NCBI GenBank assembly: GCA_965644295.1 | Contig: CBFFRP010000423.1 | Coordinates: 124,001-188,000, forward strand | Direction: 5' to 3' | Origin: Paraphysomonas bandaiensis | Taxonomy: Eukaryota; Protista; Chrysophyceae | DNA: 64,000 bases | Shown: piece after piece, positions 1-10,177 of the stretch | Layout of the letters: every line of letters starts with the position of its first letter | Numbering within the stretch: the stretch's first letter is position 1 | Notes under the pieces: model-generated | Seen by the model: only the letters and a program-made list of their open reading frames with translations | The model's database searches: none | What the model was told of the DNA's origin: nothing | Translations under genes and position numbers: made by a program

Positions 1-593
1 AGTTGAACCGAAAAAGATCATATGCGGAAGTCACTCCCGAATCAGGTTTTATCGTGATTCATTTTTTATTATAGCAGTAAAATATGCACAGATTCCAGTG
101 AATTAACGAAACAGAAGAATAACACGTTACCGAAAAATATTGCAGCTGGCGTGATTATGTACCACGAAGACAAAATATTTATGGTGCAGGTATGTGTCAA
201 GTATTCCACCTGTGAAACGTAACTATTCCACAGCCAACTGGCGGACGTGGGTACGGGATCCCCAAAGGTCTAGTAGATCCGGGAGAATCTCTAGAAGATA
301 CGGCTCGTCGGGAATTTCAGGAAGAAACTGGTATATCTATCTCAGGCCCATTGGAGTATCTTGAGGGAAGCGGTGATATCCCAGGACGTAAGAGAATATA
401 TGCATTTTTGTATGCAGGAGATGGAACAGAGAAGTATGTGTCCAGTAATCTCATTACGGAAGGATATTGCGCAGGTTTACCTGAGAATGCGGGAGGAAGA
501 TATTTTGACCTGCGTGAGGCCTTACGAGTTGTACATAAAAACCAACAAAAGCTATTGCATTTATACTCCACTTTTATGAGTCGACAGAAATAG
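1..593 (+). CDS. NUDIX hydrolase (5' end probably outside window; intron 190-233)
   Basis: Splicing GT190..AG233 joins AAGVIMYHEDKIFMVQ to PTGGRGYGIPKGLVDPGESLEDTARREFQEETGI, a complete Nudix box (GX5EX7REUXEEXGU); stop at 591-593. Confidence 0.85.
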
Positions 594-1965
594 TCTAGTC
601 TATTGCTCTCTAAACCATGATTAAATTTTGTTACTGTATCCAGATTGTATACTGCTTCAGAATAATGTTTACGTGACAACCCTATTATAAAGGTACCTGC
701 AAAGATTACACAGGGTGTATCGTTAGTATCACCACCATGGTTTTAATGTTTTAATAGATATCGCCCTTACAATATGGCGATATAATTTAGAGTGCAGGAC
801 ACTTTGCAAATTGAATCCATACACAACGTTTTGAACAATAGCGATATAGTAACTATAATCATTATCGAACAGTAGTATGTTATCTACTTACACAAAAATA
901 CTAAGCAAGCAGACAACAAACGGAAGTCCAGGCCTTCCCATGGAAGCGACAGACGCTCTTCTTTAAATCAACAATGGGTATAGATATGAAGAGCTGATTT
1001 CGATTAGGGTTAGAAAAGCTTTAAAAGTATTAAGAGTCATTGATTCACGTATATCCCTTAACGCGTGAATACTAACACATGTATACAATGAAATACCAAA
1101 TAGACTGAATAATTACCAAACTATACATGAAACATGTGTGTGATGCTAAGAACGCTCTGCTCTAACGCATCTTGCTATTATACTATTAGGCCTTATCATT
1201 CAATCTTTATCTCTAATAATATCAAGTGTATCCTTACTAAATGCCAAGACTAACCTTATATCTTATTTAAAAGATCATGAGGATATGCAATATTTATATT
1301 CCCCAAACCCCCAAGGTCCATTAGGTACCTTGACATTTACTTAGTAATGTACCTATAGGCTATAGGTACTTATTTTGAGGCCCACCGATGGAGCTTCTGT
1401 AGAGTAGCTCCTTATTGTGCATAGCTCAGCCACTATGTCTATAGCTTATAGTAATATAATACAATACAAGTTACTATCAACTATCATAGGATCTGATCAC
1501 AACTATAAAATAGGCAACTCTTACGTAGTAGTAGAATTCGTGGAGCAGATCGCATACTTTACGATAAATATTGGGAAAATGGACTAGTATGAGTGCATGA
1601 ATAATTACATTTTCTCTACGACACTCTTCGTCGAGTTATCAAGAAAATATTTTGAAGAAATAAAAAACGTCGGAAAGATCTATGACATTTAACTGAGGTT
1701 AGTACAACATGTTGATACTATCCTGGCCTATCGTTTCTAACTGCCTTCAAAAGAGATGACGCAAATGCGGTCCTGAATAAAACATTATAAGACCATTAAA
1801 TACGACCACAGAAACGGTGTATACGTTTAACAACATCTCACCTCCCACAACTGATGGCTTCATCTAAAAATTTGTATACTAAATGCTCAGCGGGCTTAGC
1901 ATCACGCTTTCGCATATGCGTAATTACGAACGTTCCCAATTCAATTTTCTACCATATAATAAATA

Positions 1966-4702
1966 TTAGACCCTTACAGTGATATGATGACAGCACCTTA
2001 CCTCTGATGGAATCATTTCAAGAAGCTGCTCGCACATAGCGAGATATCTCGTTGTGTCTGTCATGTACATGTCATACAAAACGAAGTGATGCCGAAATTT
2101 ATCGGGTTGGTTGTTTCGTATGAGCCAGTGAAACCTATGAGTGATCGGACAGGCATCTGGGTTTCCCGAGGAATCAGAGTATATGTACTCTGGTCCATAT
2201 TGCTTTACCATAAGTCCGAAGCATTTCTCGGCCAGAGATTCCCAATTGTCTGAATTCTCTGGTCGTCGCCAGCCCATCAATAAGGCAAGGTAAACCGTTC
2301 GGTGTACATTCGTTTCAGGAGGATGGTCATGAACTTTCGACATCGCTACCAAGAGGCGGTAGGCGATATGCGCCTGACCAGTATTAATATATGCCCCTGT
2401 AACTGCTTCAATGCTACGTGGACCCATAATGTAACCTTGATACAGCATTATCTACATTGAACAGAAGAGTAAAAGCCCTATCAATAATCTGTTACGCTTT
2501 GTTATACCTTGGATATATCCTGTATAGCGGAGAACATACTTTGTTGAGCTAACAAAGCTATCAAATCGCTGAACATTGATTGTGGCAATACACGTAGGCG
2601 AGAAAGTTTTTGCACCCCCCACAGAGAGGCCGACACACAAGACGGGTGGGCAGTCTTCAGTAGTAGAGATACAGTCATCGTAAGGGTATGAATCGTACGC
2701 CATTCTGCATCGCTGTTACACAGGTCTCGACAACACTTATTCTCCAGTGCAATCGACGCATCGTCGTCAACCGGCTCCACATACCCCTTTTCTTCCAGGA
2801 AATTGTAGAAAGCAATAATCTCCTCTACAGCTGCCTCTGATATCGCTTTTCGGCGGCTATCGTCGATCTGATGCAAAATAGTTATTTCTCGTTTTCCAGT
2901 TTCAGGGTCCACCCCTATCGCTTCTGGGACGGGGTGTGATGCCACTTTCTGAAATGCCCTGTCGGATTTATCGCCAATGTGTACCAATACCAGCTGTATA
3001 GCACTCTCTGTAGATATATGCTCCGGATGGAGTGGACAACGGTGAAGGAAATCCAACGCTGCGGTAAAAGTGTGTTGATCATACACAGGAGAAAAAAAGC
3101 TTTTAGAGATTCGTGAAGGGTCAACTGGAACAGCATAGACTGAAAGCAATGCGCCCATCAAGGCGTGTCTTATACGCTTACTACACTTTATGTCTGCATT
3201 ACAGTCATTCAAATAAAATTACTTCAGAAAGGTACATATGGAACAGCATTACCGAGCTTTTGGAGATCACCAGCCAATGCAGTGACTAGGTCGAGGGTAT
3301 CCTGCCTCGCTGCTGCCTCGGTACGCGTAGCTAACGATCGAAATGTAGACGCGTAAAATATCTCCGAGACTCTATGAAAATATTTCTGCTTCTCCGCTGA
3401 ATCAATATCAGCAAACGTGAACACATCTCGAAAGTCTCGCATGACAGTCGTAAACCACTCCTGTATCTCCCCATAATCGCAACTCAGATTGGGAAAAGAA
3501 TTAACAGCAGCAGTACACACAGCTGCAACTTGGACAGAGTCTTTTTGTCTCCCACCCAGAGCATACCGCATTCCACGTGCGTAGACAGCTTGCAATGGTT
3601 GTAAGGCTTGTCCACGCCCACCTTTCCCAGATGTAAGTGCCTGCATAATGCCTGTCAAGTCGCGAGAATAGTGCCCTTTACGTCGCTTGGGAAGCAGAGT
3701 GGAAAAGTAAAAGTGAATCATATCGTTTATTCTGGAGGCATTCGAACTGCAGTCAACACTGAGTGAGGCAAGAAGATCAAAAAAAGGCTCAAGTGCACGG
3801 TGATTATTAACATGGACGACCACCTCACTCAATAGTTTAAACTGTGTAAGAGTAAGATATCGCTGAACCTCCGCATTATGTCCATACCACTGAAGACAAG
3901 ATATCATCTGTCCCAAAGTATCCTCTTGAAGTCTTACAATTTTATTTCTTTCAAATAATTTTAATAATTTTAATAATTTTCCTTTATTTTCTTTACCATC
4001 TTTTAATAAATATTGAACTAATATATCCAAACCTTCATGTATCATATCGAGATTAGATATCTCATATTCTACTAATGATTGATATATATCATCATCATGA
4101 ATCCAATTCATAATAGTTTTGACATCACCACATCTTGAAAATGCTATAATACAATGAAAGAAATGATAGAATTTCATTGGATCATTTCTAGTATATAATT
4201 CCATAGCAATCTGATAGGATAGAGTTGTATAATTTAATAATATAGATGTGGATAATAGTTTTTCTAGTATTATTATAGATGTGTTTTGTATTGTCATTTC
4301 ATTCACTGATTCTATTAATTTATTAGAATAACTTGTTTGTAACATGATTTGATTGTATTCATCTAGATCTCCATTCTCATTTAAATAATAGTTTTTATTA
4401 TTCATATGATGATGTGGAGACATCATGTTAATAACGATAGATAGATAACGTGAATTATATTGATAGATAGAATGTGTATGTGTTGAGAGATGTGTATAGA
4501 GACGTCTAGAGAGATGTGGAGAGAGATGTGGAGAGAGATGCGTATAAGTAGAGAGGCGTCTAGAGAGATGTGGAGAGAGATGTGGAGAGAGATGCGTATA
4601 AGTAGAGAGGCGTCTAGAGAGATGTGGAGAGAGGCGTGTGGAGAGATGTGTATGAGTAGAGAGGCGTCTATGAGTAGTGAGACGTGTTGTAAGATATGAC
4701 AT
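1966..4702 (-). CDS. Uncharacterised ~873 aa protein, 3 exons, with Arg/Ser/His-rich N-terminus (possible mitochondrial presequence)
   Basis: ORFs 3224-4801, 2502-3212 and 1966-2448 join in frame through GT-AG introns 3252-3194 (phase 1) and 2507-2452 (phase 0). The first ATG in the ORF is at 4702 (MSYLTTRLTTHRRLST...). No family recognised. Confidence 0.7.
4487..4660. repeat. 54-bp tandem repeat built from 12-bp (GAGATGTGGAGA) subunits, inside the N-terminal coding region
   Basis: gcgtctagagagatgtggagagagatgtggagagagatgcgtataagtagagag about 2.5 times; encodes (HLSPHLSPHLSRRLSTYT)n on the minus strand. Confidence 0.9.
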
Positions 4703-4922
4703 TAGATGATATGATGAAATGATTGTTAGATATGAAAATATACGTAAAGAAAGTAGAATTGAATGATGAATAGTGTCATTCTTTGAAGTGGATTGTAACA
4801 AGAAGTGTGCATGTTTATACCAATCAGATAAGAGATGGATGAAGTGGAGTGACTACAGCAGTGGAGGTCAGAATACGCATGGTATACTCTGTATTCTATA
4901 TAAGGGATGGATGAACTGCTAC

Positions 4923-5192
4923 ATGTATGTATGTACGTATGTATGTATGTAGGTAGGTAGGTAGGTAGGTAGGTAGGTATGTAGGAGGTAGGTAGGTAGG
5001 TAGGTAGGTAGGTATGTAGGTAGGTATATATGTAGGTATGTATGTATGTATGTATGTATGTATGTATGTATGTATGTATGTATGTATGTATGTATGTATG
5101 TATGTATGTATGTATGTATGTATGTATGTATGTATGTATGTATGTATGTATGTATGTATGTATGTATGTATGTATGTATGTATGTATGTATG
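4923..5192. repeat. Compound (TAGG)n/(TATG)n microsatellite, left part of retrotransposon target
   Basis: Read directly from the sequence; abuts the LTR at 5193. Confidence 0.98.
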
Positions 5193-5479
5193 CGCAGAGA
5201 AAAATACGGTACTCGGTCGAATGATACGGATGTTACTAATCAATAAACGGACGGAATACCCCCGTTGCTTTTACACAGTCTACACTACAGGTAGTCAAAG
5301 CAAGGTTCTCTTTATAGTTACTACAGAACTTCTCAGTAAGAGGAAATTATGCCTCTATTCTACAGCCGTACACTACACACTGCATAATATAACACCATAC
5401 ACCTCTATGTGCCCTATGCATATCTTATACAGTCACTTCAAGTACTAAACTGAAAAGAACATCCTCTCATTCCTCTACG
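5193..5479 (-). repeat. 3' LTR (287 bp)
   Basis: Identical by eye to 9891-10177; preceded on the element strand by a short purine run ACAGGGG-TG (putative PPT, 5480-5488). Confidence 0.95.
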
Positions 5480-5495
5480 CACCCCTGTGATGTGT

Positions 5496-8400
5496 CTACT
5501 CGTTCCCAACGATCAGACATATCAAATGACGAAACAATTTTCCTTGTAGGGGTTTAGTCAGCACATCAGCCAACATCTCTCCTGTAGGTAAGTACTGAAG
5601 CTTCACGTCTCCCCTATCATGGTGTTCTTCGACTAAAGCCTGCCTTACTCGTAGATATTTCGATCGGTATTTGCCTCCTCCTTTCGTTACGAGACTGAGA
5701 TTCGACAAGTTGTCCTGATAAATAACAGGTGGGTCAAGCGCATAGCCCTGCCCACACACAAACTCATGTAATCTCATTGCATTAGACATCATATCAGATA
5801 GGCCGACCAGCTCGGATTCGGTCGAGTCTTTCGTCACGATTCGTTGCTTAGTTGATCGGCATAGTACTGCGGCCCCTCCAAGCTGTACAACTACGCCTGT
5901 ATGCCCTTTTCCGTCATCGTGGGTGGCGAACGAAGCGTCGATGAAGCTTCTTACCCGCAGCTGCTCTCCAATCTTCAGCTGCAGATCTTGATCCCTTGTG
6001 TGCGCAAGGTATTTCAGCACTCGATTCAACTTCTGCTGATCTCCGATAGTCGGACCCTTCACTCTTGTTGTGAGGTACGCTATACTGAGCAGGATGTCTG
6101 GTCTAACTCTTATTGACAGATATAGCAATTTGGCCACCACTGAATGGAAATTGGCAGCCTCCTTCCTCCCCAATTTCTGTCCTGCGCCCTCTGCGAACAG
6201 TGATGATGTCGCTGGAGATGCTGCTCTGCCAGTGACCGCTGCCTCCTCCAGCACTCCGTCTAGGTAAGCCCTCATTGACACCACTGCCCTGTCATCTATC
6301 ATGCTCACATGCATACCTAAATACGACATGTCTTTGTCATCACAGTATTTTACCTCACCATATTGTTTCTTTAGTTGTTCCACCAACCACTCGGTGTCAC
6401 GCTTGTCTTGTGATAGCACTAGCAGATCGTCCACGTGTAGTGTTATAGTGCACTGCTTGCCGTTGACAGTCCTATTGAGAACACACTGATCCACCGGGTT
6501 AGCCACGAAACCAATGCTCTCCAGGTAAGCTCTTATCGTGTTGTACCAGAGCTTGGCGCTCTGCACGCATCCATATAACGCTTTGTCTAGGCGCACCAAT
6601 ATTTTGCCTCTTTCATCAACATACGGCTGGATTGTGGGGTCTAGTTTTCTGAGTATTGTGGCCAACATCGGCTCCAATTCCATTATTACCTCTTCGCCTG
6701 ACATCTCCGCATTGAGGTATGCACCACCTATATCAATTGTCGATACATGTCTCCCCTCTCTCGCTGCTATTGCTAGGCATGCAAATACTGACTGTATGTC
6801 CACAGTGGGTGACGACGTGTCTGGGTACAGTTTCCGATCCTGCTGTGCCCCGTTCGCAACCAGCCTCGCCTTGATTTTCTCGAACCTTCCGAGTCCGTCG
6901 TATTTCGTCTTCAAAAACATCAGCGATCGAATTGTTCGTTTGAGTTGAGTCTTTGATAGGTCACTCCGGTGTACTGGAACTATCGCCTTTTTTTCATGCA
7001 GCAGCTGCTTCAGCTCCCGTACTATCGCCAGGTAGGCTTCTTTGCCGTGTTCCTTTAAACCTTTGGTTACGCTTGTGTGATAGGCTCGATACATTACGGG
7101 CTTTCTTCTTGTGCCTGCCGCTATCCTTGCTCCGGCTGATGATGATGATAGTACTTCGCTTGTATTGTGTGTCATCCCTGCAGTTTCCACCCCTGTAATT
7201 TCCGGATTGTCGATGTCGTTGGGTGTTGCAGCGCCCGGTTCCTGTTCGCTCGGCCCATCAGCCCTGTCGCCATCATCGTCGACTAGTTCCGTGATTTTTG
7301 TTCTCTCTCTCTCTTCTGTGTGGGCGTGCACTTCGTCTGTGTCAACTGCTGTCATCTGCCCCTCCTCGTGAGGCTCCTTCGGCTTATCGATCTTGTCATT
7401 CTCAGCTGGTGGCGTGGTATCCTCGATCTCTCGACTCTCATTCTCACTGGTCGTGACAGGTGAGTGTGACTTGTTGTGCAATGACGATATTCTATTCACG
7501 GCGTCTATTACTATTTGCGTGGTCACCATCTTCACCCAGTTGGTCCTACTCACATATTTATTTGTTTTAAGGTTTAAAAATATCCAACTCCCGTTTGCGT
7601 TGCCGGATGGGTACAGCGCGATACATGGTTCTGTTCTGTCCTGCTCCGCGTTATTGCTCTTGACCTTCGGGTCATAGCATTCTACGTAGTCCCCGAAAGC
7701 CAGTGACAGTTCCTTTTTATAATTGGGTTTCCGACCAGTCAATGCCACTCGCGGTGCTACAGTTGTGCCATTGGTGGATGGCCTCCTCAAGTTCATGCGG
7801 CTGTTGGCGTATCTCACCAGGTCTCTGACGTTGGCATCTGGTAGGTTCCATGGTAGCCCTGAATGTACACTGCGTATTGTCTCTTTGAGTCGCCTAATCT
7901 TCGCGTCGATCTTGTCCAGGTGATCTCCAGCCCCTGCCACGTCAATCTCCATCCCTGTGATTTTGCCTCTCAGGGCCTTGAATCCCGGCTGAGGGTCCAG
8001 GTAGGTAACTGTCGGTATGTACCCGTAGCTTCTTAACAGGTTTACTTGTTCCTGTAGGGCCAATCCCAACTGATCCGTTGTTTCGTTTTCGAGTGAAGTA
8101 ACGATGGTTAGTCCCAATGGTTCCGCTAGTGTGAGCATGAACGATTGCTGTCTCACACTGAAGATGTCTGTGTACAGCCTTAGCTCCTTCTGCTGTTCTG
8201 CCTTCAGTTCCGGATCCGCGTGTTGCCGGCTGACTTTCTTATTCGTCTGCTTGCCTCTCACCGCTTCGAACGGTCTCCCATATATGTCAAAAGCTCTTCT
8301 GATATCACTCGGGGTAAGTCGCACCCCTGTAACGTTTCCGTCGCTCACTAGCTGCACAGCATCTCTCTCCGAGTCGAAGCCCGAGTTTCGGATCAGGTCT

Positions 8401-9878
8401 CGTGCTTCTCGCGCTCTCGCGACTTCTACTTTCGAATATTGGGCTTCGCGCTCCGCTACAGTCGTTACGTTGACTTTGGCCGTCGCCCAGTCGCGCATGT
8501 CGGCCACATACATCTTGTTCTTTCGATAGAAAGTCAAATCACTGTCAGGTAAGTGGACAGTGAAAGACTCTCCCTGCCTATATGTCACTTCATATATGTC
8601 TTCTACGTCCGCCTGACATAGCACGCTTGCCCTTAGCTCATCTGCTGTCTTACAGGTGAAGAATTGGTCTAGCTCGCCTACATTCGGTAGTTCCAGTGCG
8701 TGTCCCGATAATCCCGCCACGGTGCATCCTCTGGACGCCGGTCTTACATTGTTCAGTAGTCTTGGGTGTACTACCGAGACATCCGCCTGATTGTCGAGTA
8801 ATACTTCGTACCATTGGAATGGCTCGCTTCCTGACGTGAAGGCGTTCAACATTGTTGTCGTGCAGTGCTTGTTTTCTGATTCTTGGCTACTGTCTGGGCA
8901 TTCGTTCATTCTGTGGCCTGGCTCACCGCAGCCCCAACATATGAGCTGCCTTTTTTTCTGACCACGTTTGCTGTTGTGTGACTTCGTGTCGTTCCCTTGT
9001 TGCTGCTCTGGTGTATCATCGCTATCTGCTGATTTCTTGCCTTTTTCAGACTTCGATTTGCTCACGAATGCGGATCCGCCGCCTGCTCTCGTTGCTCTCT
9101 TCGGCGCTAGATATTTTGATGCTTTAGTATATATTTCATTCACATGCGTAGGTGCTGTTTGCGTTCCCATTGTTAGATCGTTGAGATAGCTAGTTTTGAA
9201 CTCGCCATATCTCGTGTCGTCCAGCCCTTCGAAGAAATCCATCGCGATGTCCTCTTCATTCATTTCCGCGTTGTTCATGTCTTTGTAGGCTTCTAATAGA
9301 TGATCAAACCTCTCCTTATAAGTAACTATACTCTCATATGCTCCCTGTTTAGCGTCTTTGTACCTTTTCCTCGCTTCTGCTCGTACCACTGTACTTACGC
9401 TGGAGTTAGTGGATACTTTGTGGGTTTGTTTGATAGCCAGCCATAGTAGTAGAGGATCCTTAGTCCAGTTCATGAGCTCGTATTCATCTAATAGCTTGAC
9501 TGCATCCATTGATTCGTGGCTCAGATGGTCTACCATGAATGAGTAGAATGCCGATCTATCGTTCCGCATCTTGTCTATTAATCTCCCTCTGGTCTTGGTC
9601 TTGTCCTTCATCAGGTCGAGGTTAACTCCATAGGGGTCGTCTTCCAAATCAAAATCCTCTGGGTTTATCGCATCGGGCTCATAATATTTGTCCAGCTCTA
9701 CTAGGCGTGCAAGATCACCGTACTTTTGCATGCCCACCACTACAAGCCTCTGTTTGAATGTGGCGAAGTTCGAGTTGGCACCGTATCTTAAAGTCGGTAC
9801 ATGTTCTGGTCTATCGGTGCTCGGTTTCTTGCCGAATCTTGCAAATCTTGTTGGCTTGTCGTTCGTTGTCTTCTTCAT
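5496..9878 (-). CDS. Gag-Pol polyprotein (Gag zinc knuckle, protease, integrase, RT, RNase H)
   Basis: CWGCGEPGHRMNEC (CX2CX4HX4C); LLDNQADVSV protease-like site; YTDIF/YLDPQ/KIDAK integrase; KARLVANG, IDIGGAYLNA, KALYGCVQSA, LHVDD (Copia RT); IDASFA, STESE, YQDN, ADVLTKPL (RNase H). No stops or frameshifts. Confidence 0.97.
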   Translation of the reverse strand: MKKTTNDKPTRFARFGKKPSTDRPEHVPTLRYGANSNFATFKQRLVVVGMQKYGDLARLVELDKYYEPDAINPEDFDLEDDPYGVNLDLMKDKTKTRGRLIDKMRNDRSAFYSFMVDHLSHESMDAVKLLDEYELMNWTKDPLLLWLAIKQTHKVSTNSSVSTVVRAEARKRYKDAKQGAYESIVTYKERFDHLLEAYKDMNNAEMNEEDIAMDFFEGLDDTRYGEFKTSYLNDLTMGTQTAPTHVNEIYTKASKYLAPKRATRAGGGSAFVSKSKSEKGKKSADSDDTPEQQQGNDTKSHNSKRGQKKRQLICWGCGEPGHRMNECPDSSQESENKHCTTTMLNAFTSGSEPFQWYEVLLDNQADVSVVHPRLLNNVRPASRGCTVAGLSGHALELPNVGELDQFFTCKTADELRASVLCQADVEDIYEVTYRQGESFTVHLPDSDLTFYRKNKMYVADMRDWATAKVNVTTVAEREAQYSKVEVARAREARDLIRNSGFDSERDAVQLVSDGNVTGVRLTPSDIRRAFDIYGRPFEAVRGKQTNKKVSRQHADPELKAEQQKELRLYTDIFSVRQQSFMLTLAEPLGLTIVTSLENETTDQLGLALQEQVNLLRSYGYIPTVTYLDPQPGFKALRGKITGMEIDVAGAGDHLDKIDAKIRRLKETIRSVHSGLPWNLPDANVRDLVRYANSRMNLRRPSTNGTTVAPRVALTGRKPNYKKELSLAFGDYVECYDPKVKSNNAEQDRTEPCIALYPSGNANGSWIFLNLKTNKYVSRTNWVKMVTTQIVIDAVNRISSLHNKSHSPVTTSENESREIEDTTPPAENDKIDKPKEPHEEGQMTAVDTDEVHAHTEERERTKITELVDDDGDRADGPSEQEPGAATPNDIDNPEITGVETAGMTHNTSEVLSSSSAGARIAAGTRRKPVMYRAYHTSVTKGLKEHGKEAYLAIVRELKQLLHEKKAIVPVHRSDLSKTQLKRTIRSLMFLKTKYDGLGRFEKIKARLVANGAQQDRKLYPDTSSPTVDIQSVFACLAIAAREGRHVSTIDIGGAYLNAEMSGEEVIMELEPMLATILRKLDPTIQPYVDERGKILVRLDKALYGCVQSAKLWYNTIRAYLESIGFVANPVDQCVLNRTVNGKQCTITLHVDDLLVLSQDKRDTEWLVEQLKKQYGEVKYCDDKDMSYLGMHVSMIDDRAVVSMRAYLDGVLEEAAVTGRAASPATSSLFAEGAGQKLGRKEAANFHSVVAKLLYLSIRVRPDILLSIAYLTTRVKGPTIGDQQKLNRVLKYLAHTRDQDLQLKIGEQLRVRSFIDASFATHDDGKGHTGVVVQLGGAAVLCRSTKQRIVTKDSTESELVGLSDMMSNAMRLHEFVCGQGYALDPPVIYQDNLSNLSLVTKGGGKYRSKYLRVRQALVEEHHDRGDVKLQYLPTGEMLADVLTKPLQGKLFRHLICLIVGNE

Positions 9879-9891
9879 AATTTCCTCTTAC
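9876..9891 (-). promoter_or_regulatory. Primer-binding-site position, complementary to the element's own LTR (10034-10049); overlaps the gag ATG
   Basis: + strand 9876-9891 cataatttcctcttac is the exact reverse complement of 10034-10049 gtaagaggaaattatg; no TGG tRNA-type PBS present. Confidence 0.75.
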
Positions 9892-10177
9892 GCAGAGAAA
9901 AATACGGTACTCGGTCGAATGATACGGATGTTACTAATCAATAAACGGACGGAATACCCCCGTTGCTTTTACACAGTCTACACTACAGGTAGTCAAAGCA
10001 AGGTTCTCTTTATAGTTACTACAGAACTTCTCAGTAAGAGGAAATTATGCCTCTATTCTACAGCCGTACACTACACACTGCATAATATAACACCATACAC
10101 CTCTATGTGCCCTATGCATATCTTATACAGTCACTTCAAGTACTAAACTGAAAAGAACATCCTCTCATTCCTCTACG
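9891..10177 (-). repeat. 5' LTR (287 bp)
   Basis: Identical to 5193-5479; element strand begins CGTAGAG and ends CTCTGCG (6/7 terminal inverted repeat). Confidence 0.95.

Larger units (their letters stand above)
5193..10177 (-). mobile_element. Intact Ty1/Copia LTR retrotransposon (CoDi-like), 4,985 bp, CG...CG termini, 5-bp TSD GTATG
   Basis: Two identical 287-bp direct repeats flank one 1460-aa gag-pol ORF in Copia order (PR-IN-RT-RH); GTATG at 5188-5192 and 10178-10182. Confidence 0.97.

Noticed and set aside
1003-1014. TTAGGGTTAG telomere-like word
   Set aside because: Fewer than two units; expected by chance.
4896-5448. ORFs of MYVC/HTYI repeats (also 10136-10699, 24669-25070, 25116-25562, 38783-39105)
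   Set aside because: Translations of stop-free (TATG)n microsatellite and LTR sequence, not genes.
5191-5481. Reading the left LTR as canonical TG...CA (tg-cgcag...ctacg-ca)
   Set aside because: The right LTR is flanked by ta...gt at the same positions. The outer TG belongs to the GTATG target duplication, and identity plus the 5-bp TSD fit only the CG...CG boundaries.
5901-9546. Multiple plus-strand ORFs antisense to gag-pol
   Set aside because: Short shadow ORFs with no motifs, expected opposite a long GC-balanced ORF.
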